From Macrostomum lignano (taxonomy: Eukaryota), in the NCBI GenBank assembly GCA_002269645.1, contig NIVC01000006.1, positions 930,001 to 994,000 of the forward strand: a stretch of DNA of 64,000 nucleotides, read 5' to 3'. Made by a program: the position numbers and the translations under genes. The notes beneath the pieces are model-generated. The model had not been told where the DNA came from, made no database searches, and saw only the letters and a program-made list of their open reading frames with translations. Of the stretch, positions 1-24,882 are shown piece by piece. Every line of letters starts with the position of its first letter. Position 1 is the stretch's first letter.

Positions 1-300
1 CACGCTGTGTAATTAAAATCCAGTGTCTATGCTCGCGTACAAGTACGAGGGCACCGCAGTTGTCGACTGCGGTCCGACGGCGCATTAAGCATTCTGTCAA
101 AACTGAATGCACAGTGACAAAATTGAAAATAGACCGCAAAAGTAGTGCAGAACTAATGCACCAGCGATACGACAAATACGCGTTCCATACTGAAAGTGTA
201 GCGGTCCTTCTATTTTAGCTGTCCAAGATTGCTGTTCATTCTATTGCGGCATTTGAGTTTACTAGTCTACTAGTTTACTTAAAAGTGACTCAGCCATGCG

Positions 301-15176
<14,876 letters not shown>

Positions 15177-15224
15177 GCGCTTTACGTTTTATGGTACCTC
15201 GGGGGGGCTGACACTTGATGTACA

Positions 15225-15485
15225 TTGTTGCTTTTTTAGCTCTGCGGGTGTACCTTAATCTTATGTACATTGTTGCTATTTTTAGCTCTGCTAGAGAATC
15301 CTCACTCCTTATGTTACATTGTTGCTATTTTTAGCTCTGCTAGAGAATCCTCACTCCTTATGTTACATTGTTGCTATTTTTAGCTCTGCTAGAGAATCCT
15401 TACTCCTTATGTACATTGTGGCTATTATTAGCTCCGCTGGTAAACCCTCACTTCTTATGTTTTCACTTTTGCTATTTTTAGCTCC
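15225..15485. repeat. ~47-nt tandem repeat downstream of the EAAT stop (probable 3' UTR)
   Basis: TACATTGTTGCTATTTTTAGCTCTGCTAGAGAATCCTCACTCCTTATG, ~5 copies. Confidence 0.8.
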
Positions 15486-16067
15486 ATGAAGCTAATTGCT
15501 GCTTTAATGGTAGATTAAGTCTATGGTTTCAGACTTGGATAATGATCAGTCACGAGTGGTTGCGATGGCTGCCATCTGATACTTGAATTGTTGACGCTAG
15601 ACGAAAGATATCAGTACCAGTATTTGCAAATTGATTTCAGTAAGATACGAGAAACTTTTTTAATTTTATCATTTAATAATTTTCTTTTGTATCTAACAGA
15701 ACAATTTCGTACTTATTCAATAAATCTGTCACTGAATCGTAAACACAAGTTACGATTAATTCAATCAGGAGAAAGCAAAATAATTTTTCTTGATACGAGC
15801 GTATATATTTATGAAGTCTGATAAAACAAACAATTGTTTAAAAAATCAAAATGCCAATAAGCTAAAGCAATTAGGACAAAATTTTATGGAATAGAAATAT
15901 TGCAAAAGTTAATTTTTTAAACGCGCTATATACTACTAAGTACAGATCAGATAAATTAAGCAAATTAAAGCTATATAAAGGAATATTATGCGGAAAATTT
16001 TTTAGAAAGACTGCATTAAATCTGAACTTCAATTCAAATATAAAACTTTAAACTTGATATTTTAGGT

Positions 16068-16313
16068 CAGGGTCGGCAAAATGTTTTTTATCTCAAAGGG
16101 CCAGATAGAGAACCCAGCGCATGACTGTGGGCTAGAGGGGAGAGAGAATAAAGATGAAAATGGAGAGGCGAGGGGCGACAGGCCAGGCGAGGCGAGAGGA
16201 GAGGAGAGAACAGAGAGAGGAAGAGACCTTGAGCAAGCCGGATTATTATTGTGAAGTATCAAAGGACCCGAGGCCAAAGACAGGCTTAGCGGGCCGCATT
16301 TCGCCGACCCCTG
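16068..16313. mobile_element. hAT-type MITE
   Basis: TIRs CAGGGTCGGCAAA and TTCGCCGACCCCTG; internal GGGCCAGAT/GCGGGCCGCAT motifs typical of this MITE class; the 8-bp flanks match only partly (TTTTAGGT / TTTTACAG). Confidence 0.6.
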
Positions 16314-16394
16314 TTTTACAGCTTAGTAAATCAATTCACACGCACGCAGCAAGTTGAACTCGCCAAGTCCAGTTAAAAAAGGAAAAGTAAAAAG

Positions 16395-17056
16395 TCATCC
16401 GGACTTCTCCTTCCTTCTGCCCTTGTCAGCGCCGCCATAGTAGAGGATCTGAGCCACAATGACGGCATTTCCGGCGCTGGCCCCCAGGTACAGCAGAACC
16501 AGCATTGGGTCCGCAGTCTCCTGCACCGAGGTGAACACTCGAGCCAGGCTGCCCAACAGCAGCATCGAATAGGTGATCAGCGACACCTGGCCGGTGCTAC
16601 TCGAGCTGAAGTTCCGCCAAGCCTGAGCAGCTTTGCCAGCCAGCACCAGCGGCAGGGTGCACGCCTGGCCAGCCGCAATGACAGCCAGTGGCACCAGACT
16701 GGGCGCTGCCAGCAGGGCCACCAAGCCAGCGAATATCGCGCAGAAGGTCAACGCGAGCCCCAGCGACCGGCCTCTAGCGTAGTAGATGGACAGGGCGGCG
16801 ATGGCGATTGTCTGGCCGGCCAGTAGGAAGCCCTCGCCGTAGGCGCTCAGCGGGAATCCCCGGCGAAGGCCGTACAGAAAGCCTACAGTGGAGGCCGCCA
16901 GTTCGCAGGCTGTAGTCACCGGGGAAAGGCCGCGGCTGCTGCCGCTGTTGAACACCTTCAAGAGCTGCGGCAGCTTCACGCTGGCTGAGCCAGCTATCAC
17001 TGAGTAGCCCAGTGCCTTGGCTACTACGGCGGCTGCCTGCGGCGGGTTGGCAGCGT
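16395..17056 (-). CDS. MPDU1: Mannose-P-dolichol utilization defect 1 (PQ-loop protein), main coding exon; start exon unresolved (candidate ATG at 17519)
   Basis: [26 protein letters not shown]...[10 protein letters not shown], second loop [10 protein letters not shown]...[22 protein letters not shown]. No in-frame ATG near the exon start. Confidence 0.88.
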
Positions 17057-17062
17057 CTGTTT

Positions 17063-17063
17063 G

Positions 17064-17098
<35 letters not shown>

Positions 17099-17159
17099 CC
17101 TGTTTGTCTGTCTGTCTGTCTGTCTGCTTGTTTGTCTGTCTGTCTGTCTGTCTGTCTGC

Positions 17160-17190
<31 letters not shown>

Positions 17191-17192
17191 CC

Positions 17193-17235
<43 letters not shown>

Positions 17236-17240
17236 TTTAG

Positions 17241-17274
<34 letters not shown>

Positions 17275-17335
17275 CCTGTTTGTCTGTCTGTCTGTCTGTC
17301 TTAGTGTCTGTCTGTCTGTCTGTCTGTCTGTCTGC

Positions 17336-17373
<38 letters not shown>

Positions 17374-17403
17374 TAGTGTCTGTCTGTCTGTCTGTCTGTC
17401 TGC

Positions 17404-17481
<78 letters not shown>
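17063..17481. repeat. (TCTG)n microsatellite directly abutting the MPDU1 exon
   Basis: Tetranucleotide run with variants. Confidence 0.97.
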
Positions 17482-17483
<2 letters not shown>

Positions 17484-17789
17484 TTTGCCTGTTTTACACT
17501 ATTGTTAATACCCAGTCATTAAAAGTCAGATTAGTCTCAAATTAGTAAAAATAGAATAAAAGAAATTTAAAATCAAATCAACTGGAAGTTCATAGTAGCT
17601 GAGAAAGCATTATTCAGTTAAAATGTTTGATTTTATATTATAATTGCTATCGATTAGCAGCACTGGTACACCAAAGACGGCATTGACAGCAAACCATCAA
17701 GCAAATAAGACAATCAAAAATGCGTTGACAATTTTGGTGCGCATTTTCGGTCTGGCCCAACATTTTGCAGAACAGCAAGTATGACAATG

Positions 17790-18230
17790 CGGGATCTACT
17801 TTAACAAACTCTTCCAAATATTATTGTGGGATCTACTTTACCAATCTTATGGCCAACTATATTGAGGGATCTACTTTACCAATCTTATTGCCAACTATAT
17901 TGAGGGATCTACTTTACCAATCTTATTGCCAACTATATTGTGGGATCTACTTTACCAATCTTATGGCCAACTATATTGTGGGATCTACTTTACCAATCTT
18001 ATGGCCAACTATATTGTGGGATCTACTTTACCAATCTTATGGCCAACTATATTGTGGGATCTACTTTACCAATCTTATGGCCAACTATATTGTGGGATCT
18101 ACTTTACCAATCTCATTGCCAACTATATTGTGGGATCTACTTTACCAATCTCATTGCCAACTATATTGTGGGATCTACTTTACCAATCTTATGGCCAACT
18201 ATATTGAGGGATCTACTTTACCAATCTCTA
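17790..18230. repeat. 38-nt minisatellite GGGATCTACTTTACCAATCTTATGGCCAACTATATTGT, ~11 copies, starting ~20 nt after the ATPAF2 stop
   Basis: Period 38 read directly. Confidence 0.95.
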
Positions 18231-18249
18231 TCCCATCTGCACCGGTGAT

Positions 18250-19639
18250 CTATTTCCCCTGCCTTGAGGTGGCGGTGGCGGCCGCACCAGCCAGCTGCAC
18301 TTCGCGCCAATCGTGGCTGACAAGCGCCAGCAGTGTGCCGGCAGAGACGCGGCACTCCAGCTCGGTGGCATCAACGCCATGGTGCCACTCCACTTGGCCC
18401 CACTTGTCCGCCTGGAACTGCGACTCCAGCCGGCTGAGGGAGCAGGCCTCGGAGACTGGGAGGCGTCTGCGGGCCAGTGCGTGTGTAAATTGATTTATGA
18501 AGTTGGCAATGGCCCAGCAACTAAAGATTTGGGAGGCTGGCCCAACAACTGAGGATGGAGCTGGGAGGCTGGCCTAGCAGCTGAGGATCTGGGAGGCTGG
18601 CCCAGCAACTAAAGATTTGGGAGGCTGGCCCAACAACTGAGGATGGAGCTGGGAGGCTGGCCCAGCAACTGAGGATCTGGGAGGCTGGCCCAGCAACTGA
18701 GGATCTGGGAGGCTGGCCCAGCAACTGAGGATCTGGGAGTCCTGGAATCCATCACAATGCTGAAGACAATGAAGGTCAGACCAACCTGTCAAGCAGGCAC
18801 ACAGCCAGCAGACATGACTTGAGACTCTCGGCAGCGAACCGGACCCCGGAGACGCCCCAAGAGTTCAGCGACGCCAGTCTGGCTCTGAACTTTTTCAACC
18901 CTTCGCCGTCAATCTGCGGCGGCTGCAGCGTGAGAGTTGGCGCCAGTCGCAGGCTGTACTGCTGGTTGACGCTGTCAAGCACAGGCTGCCACCGCTGCCG
19001 CTGCAGCTGGTGCAGATCCTCAGGCTCGGTGCTCCAGAACAGCAGGGTGTCAGTTTCCAAGTACTCCAGTAACGCGGCGGCTTGCTGGTCTCGGCTCAGT
19101 CCCAGCGGATTGTCTATGGCCGAGTTGCACAGGCTGGTCAGGTGCATGCGGGTCCTGCGGGGGAGACGGGTGATTAATGAGCTCAAACACTGGGGAATTT
19201 AGGTGCTCAAACGTGGGGATATTTTGGAGAATTTAGATGCTCGAACGGGAGGATATTTTGGGGAACTTAGGTGCTCAAACTTGGGGATTACGAGCATATT
19301 TGAACCTCAACACTTCAATCAACGCTTACTAAAAACATGTAGAAACTGCTAGAGTCATTAGCCCATTAACAGCCCTCACCTGTCAATATGATTAACCTGA
19401 GAATTCCATTCCTGAACCACAGCCAATGCTAGACCTTCGTGCGGCACAACAAACGGCTGTCCACCCGGTGTCCGCAGTCTGCGCTGATCCAAGTTTATCT
19501 CGTAGGCCCCGGGGCCGGATTTGGTCACGTGGGCCTGCTTGTAGAACCGTTTGATCTTGCCGCCAGCTATGCTGGTCAGGCCGCGGCTGTGACTGAGGCA
19601 CAGGGCCTCGCAGGTGAGCAGCTGGCGGATGAGAAACAT
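18250..19639 (-). CDS. ATPAF2: ATP synthase F1 assembly factor 2 (ATP12), 3 exons: 19639-19380, 19154-18786, 18466-18250 (281 aa)
   Basis: KRFYK...EINLDQRRLRTPGG...LALAVVQEWNSQ, MHLTSLCNSAIDNP, LETDTLLF, LSRLESQFQADKWGQVEWHH. GT-AG junctions in phase; 846 nt total. Confidence 0.92.
18505..18740. repeat. 28-nt minisatellite GGCTGGCCCAGCAACTGAGGATCTGGGA filling ATPAF2 intron 2
   Basis: About 8 tandem units. Confidence 0.9.
19180..19290. repeat. ~36-nt x3 tandem repeat in ATPAF2 intron 1
   Basis: GGGGAATTTAGGTGCTCAAACGTGGGGATATTTT-like units. Confidence 0.7.
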
Positions 19640-19679
19640 GAATGCAGAACGGTTAACACTGATTTATGCTTCATATTAG

Positions 19680-19920
19680 TATGTGGGCCTAAGGACCCTG
19701 GTTCGATTCCCTGAGCTGCCAAATTTATTTTGGGCTTGTATAAGGGCAAACTCCCAAGGCACAGAGGCTGTAAATTCCTGGCAATTAGAATGTCAGGGCT
19801 GCTGCGCACCATGTGTGAGCGTGTGTGTGTGAGTGCGTGCCTATGTACAGTATTGGCACGCTTGTTTGTGCTCAGAAGGTCAGCAGAATGGGCTGAATTG
19901 CCTCAGCACTGGTTACAAAA
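19680..19920 (+). mobile_element. tRNA-derived SINE copy C (second subfamily), just upstream of the ATPAF2 ATG
   Basis: B box GGTTCGATTCC; shares TGTACAGTATTGGC...GCTCAG...GAATGGG...GAATTGCCTCAGCACTGGTT with copy D. Confidence 0.7.
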
Positions 19921-20439
19921 GCAAAGTAAGTTAGGACACATTATAAAAAAATAAAGCGGTCTATTTAATATTCTATGACATTAATTTATAACAGAGTCTG
20001 ATTGAGCCAATATTTCGGACAAGTTGAGTACTTGACCAACTTTTGTTTGCCAAGTTGAGTAGTAGCTCAACTAAAGCTTAAAGTAAAGCTCTAGAAATAC
20101 ATATGCAAAATGAGTTGACTATCGGCACACACAATCTATGACATTGGCTTATTCACAGGCTCAATTTTCTGCCTTAGCACTGCTACTAAACCAAAGCAGG
20201 GTCAGAGCCAGCACTATCTTATACCTTTTTTGAGTCACTACAGTAGGCCAAGTTCACTGCATCTCCTGTGCTCATACGACTCAACCATAAGTCATTTGAC
20301 TAATCCCTTGAATATGCAGACGCACTTATCTCTTGGGCAGTTGTGTTATCAAATTTTAAATCATTTTAATAATGTGAAGTTACACGACGGGTTGATAAGC
20401 CTTGGTCACAATTCTTTCCACTGATGATGAAATTGTGAC

Positions 20440-21965
20440 CAAGGCCCCCGCCCCCGCTGCCAAACGATCTGAGTCTGAGGCTGCCGCCGGAGACGCCGTT
20501 GCCGGCAGAGGTGAGTTTTAATGTAGCCCCAGTCAGCACAGCCGAAGTTGTGAGGCTCGCCCAACAGTCACCGGGCGGGAAAGCGCTGGGTCCGGACGAG
20601 TGCCCAGCCCATCGAGGCGCTGCGACTCCACTGTGTGGCCAGCGAGCTCGCCAGTGTGATGAACCGCGTGCTTTTCGGTGAGGCGGCACCCAACGAATGG
20701 ACCACGGCGCACATCGTCGCTATTCCGAAGAAGCCGGGCACCACGCGGCTTGAGGAGCACGGAGGTATCTGCCTGCAGTCCTGCGCTGCGAAGCTGTTCA
20801 ACCGGATGCTGTTATCGCGGTTGCAGCCCGTGCTGGATCCGTACCTGCGTCCTGAGCAGAACGGCTTCCGGCCCCACCGCGGCACATGACGGCCAGTTGC
20901 ACCAGACTGGGGGCTGTCAGCAGGGCCACCAAGCCAGCGAACATCGCGCAGGTCAACGCGAGCCCCAGCGACCGGCCTCTAGCGTAGTAGATTGACAGGG
21001 AGGCGTCATGACGCTGTATCATGGCACGAACGCTGCTGTGCTGACACCGGACGGCCTGTCGGATTTCTTTGAGACAAACACTGGGGTGTTCAGGGAGATA
21101 CGCTTGCGCCGTTCCTGTTCGTCCTGGTGCTTGACTGGGTGCTGCGGACTGCTCTCCCTTCTAACCACGACGGCTTCCTGTTGCAGCGATGCGTGGGTCG
21201 ACGCCAACCGGAAAGGCGGCTTAGCGTTCTGGGCTACGCCGATGATATCGCCCTGCTGTCCTCGACCGTCGAGGGCGCCCAACGCCAGCTGGACCGGCTG
21301 GTGAGCGTTGCGGCGAGTGTCGGCCTGGTGGTCAACACGCAGAAGACCGCCGGACGACATCGAGACTACAATTTTCTGCCGAGGCGCCGACGGACAGGCG
21401 ACGAAGCTTCCGTGCTGTCAGCAGTTCGTCTACCTCGGCGGTCTGGTGCCTGACGTTAGCGAGGACCTGCGACGTCGCCGTGGACTTGACTGGGCTGCAT
21501 TCCGTGAGGGTTGTCCTGCAGTCAGAGGCCCTGCCTGACTGCCAGAGGGCGTTGTTCCAGGTGGTAATCGAGACCATCCTGTTGTACAACGCCAAGACCT
21601 GGATGCTGATGAACTCACAAAAACAGCTGGTCGATGCAGCCCACGCTGGCCTGCTGCGCACTGCCTTAAAAATTGGCTACAAGTGAGTCACCAATGCGGC
21701 ACTCTATCGCCGCACTGGCCTGTCTCGTACCAGAGAACTGTTGCGCCATCAGCAAATCCAGCTAGCAGGCCATTTCATCTGAGCCGAGTCGTACTGCCCA
21801 CAGCTGATGCAGGAGGTGCTGCTGCTGTCACTACAGGCACCCTACCGGCAGGGGCAGGCGTGTACTCGGCATTTTGTTGACTGCCTGGTGGCTGATGCTG
21901 GTGCCCCGGACACTGCTAGCAGAGCAGCCTATGTTCATACCCAGGCCTTGAAATGTGCCTTGTGA
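20440..21965 (+). mobile_element. 5'-truncated, frameshifted non-LTR retrotransposon (RTE-like reverse transcriptase)
   Basis: GKALGPDE, WTTAHIVAIPKKPG, AAKLFNRMLLSRL, RPEQNGFRPHRG, GV-QGDTLAPFLF (frameshifted), LGYADDIAL, FVYLGG. Confidence 0.9.
20886..21005 (-). pseudogene. 120-bp copy of MPDU1 coding sequence (source 16678-16800) embedded in the RT region
   Basis: Direct alignment shows 7 mismatches and one 3-nt deletion; same orientation as the source. Confidence 0.93.
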
Positions 21966-23563
21966 CATTGTCTGCTAACTGATTGACAATGTATTTTTGT
22001 TGTGTTGTATAGAATTAGGCTAAGAGATATGTGGTCTGTTGAGTAGCATTGAACTAGGACTGATGGTTGTTATGAGCTGCATAAAATGCAGTCATATTTG
22101 CAAAGGACGGCTGCACCTAAAACTTGCTGCGTAATTTGCATTTTGTTCTGTGTAGCCTATAAGACTTTACGTTCCCACGCGCCTGTTCTGCAGTGTTTTA
22201 AATAAAAGGAGAGACAGTGGAGGCGCTCGCTTCACTTGGCTCTTGCCCGCATCTGCGGGCCTAAAGGCATGGCCATTGCCTCGGCTGGGCTGTAGGCCGC
22301 AGCAGCCTAGGCCCAGAAAACCATGCTTCGAGTTCAATTCTTTGTTATCCGACGTGAGCAGAAGGTGCAGGCAGGATGGACACAAAATCCTACCTGTTAC
22401 AGTTGTCATAGCAGTGCAAGAAAAATAGTGAACTTATCTGACAACAAAGATATACAATGGTACTGACTTAAAAAACCTATTGCTTTAGTTTAATAAGTAG
22501 CACCAAGACAGAAAATTGGGGATATAAATATATAAGCCTAACTTGAAATTGAATATATCAGATGTGTGATGCTCAAATGACAATTCTAGTGCTTGATGAA
22601 TAACAAAGATTGTATCTTGCTTTGCTTGTTTATTTGGCTTTAAGACTTCATAAGTGATAGCAAGGCTTGTAACGATTATAAAGCTAGGGCACTTTATTTA
22701 TTAGGGAGGGATGAGGGAGTCAGCATTTGGGCATAGCAGCCATAAACAATTGCATGAGTATATGGTAAGATGTTTAACTATCAATTATTCTACTTATCTA
22801 CTATGAGTAGTGTGAAGCTGCCACTATCATATTTACTAGATAGTAGATATAAAGAATCAAGACCAGTAATTTCTCAGAGCTAGGTCTAAAAAAAGTATAA
22901 CAGTTGAAATTAAGTATTCTAATTGTTATTGTTATCTAAGGCAAATTAAACCTTAAAGAACTGTTTGGCTTTATAGAACCAGATGGCAACAAATATAATT
23001 TTATATTAGGCTAAATATATAACAATTATACTTATAGCTTTGAAATATCTCTTTGATTTGATTATTTGGCTAAGAATCTAGGTTTTTTTTGTGCACAAAG
23101 TATGTACATATGCACCCTAAATTTTGAAATCACATCCTGAAGTTGAAAAAGTAGGTGCAGTCTATGTGCTGCAGTCTCAAAACCTATTTTTCCTTTTAAG
23201 CTTCATTTTCACTGCCTTAACATAAGAAAAAAGAAATTGCACTTTAACTAAGCCTTAAAATTGCACCTTGAAATTAGGCATAGCATAGGGTGTGATTTTG
23301 TACCTTGTCTTAGGCAAAAAACCCAGGCTAGGATTTTGTAGATAGCTGACAGGCTAAAGCTTCCTCGTTCTAAATGTTTTAAGTAAATTATAAATAAAGC
23401 AGCATTATCCATCCACCTATATTAGACCTACTAAATGTTTATTATAAAGCATTAAAAAGGGGAAGTAATGGTTCCATCGCATGAACCTGATCAACAGCTG
23501 GTCCAGATCCTGGAATTAGAAGAGAGTCGAGACCAATTGACTTACTGACCAAATAGTGGCTGT

Positions 23564-24290
23564 CCGGGAACACAAGAATTTCCCGCAAGAATTTTTCCCA
23601 CCAAGCTTTCCCCGCACAAGTTTTTCCTGCATGAGATTTTTCCGCGACAAAAATTTGCCGCAGGAGCTTTCCCCACACGAGATTCTCTCGCAGCAAGTTT
23701 TTACCGCAGCAAGAGTTTCCCGCAAGAAATCTCCTGTCGAGATTTTCCTGCCGAGCTTTTACTGCCAAGATTTTCCCGCACAAATTTTCCCCGCATAGAC
23801 TTTTTCCAGCAGAAAGATTTTCCCACAAGAAATTTCTCGTGTCGTGATTGCCTGTTTACCTTCCTACCTTCCTACCTGTCTGTCTGTCTGTCTGTCTGTC
23901 TGCCTGGCTGGCTGCCTGTGTCGAATTTATCAAAGAAAATCGCGTCTCTGTCTCTGCTAGGCCTAATAGCTTTCCTTTTTATAATTTCTTTCTTAAGGTA
24001 AACAGGCAATCACAAGAAATTTCTTGCGGGAAAATCTTTCTGCTGGAAAAAGTCTGTGCGGGAAAAATTCGTGCGGGAAAATCTCGGCGGTATAAGCTCG
24101 GCAGGAAAATCTCGACGGGGAAATTTCCTACGGGAAACTCTCGCTGTGGTAAAAATTCGCTGCCGGAGAATCTCGTGCGGGGAAAGCTCCTGCGGCAAAT
24201 TTTCGTTGCGGGAAAAACTCGCTGCGGGAAAATCTCGTGCGGGGAAAGCTCGGCGGGAAAAATTCCTGCGGGAAATTCTCATAGACCCGG
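23564..24290. mobile_element. Foldback-type non-autonomous element: ~300-bp imperfect inverted arms (23564-23862 / 23995-24290) built of GCGGGAAA subrepeats
   Basis: Arms are reverse complements along their length; termini CCGGG...CCCGG; flanked by CTGT on both sides (candidate 4-bp TSD). Confidence 0.8.
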
Positions 24291-24882
24291 CTGTCCTGTA
24301 GTTTATAGAACTGCAATTTCCAAATAGGCCAATATATGCCTAGGCGCCAGGCGGGGCCATCGGCTAGTAGACCCAGAGTGGTGTGCTCCAATAACTACCG
24401 AAAAGAACACAATTAAAGGCTAAAAAATCCCACCGAGTGGACCACACGGTGAAAGAGATAAAAATTGGCTATTCAAATCGGCACATTCGCGCATTTACAC
24501 TGCAATATATGATGATTTTTAGTAATTTTATTAATTCTATTACGAGTTCTCAGAAAGCACATTTTAAAACGTAAGAAAATTAATCTGTTTTAGATTTCAT
24601 ATTTTTTAGCACACATTTAAAATTCATACATTGATTCTTTTGCAAAGCAATGAACTAAAAGTTTTAGGTAGCAGCAGTATTTTTATTTAAACTTGTAGTT
24701 TTTTTTAAACCTTTATCATCGCGATATCTATAAACTTTCCATGAAAAGATCTCAATCTCACTAGCCCAGTAAGTCGTCATCATCGCCGACATCGCGTCAT
24801 CTTGACTTTTCCTTTAGTTTATTGCCTTTCATTGCTATCGCGAAGTCTTATTTTAATTGAGCTTTTGCTACAGTCTATAAAT

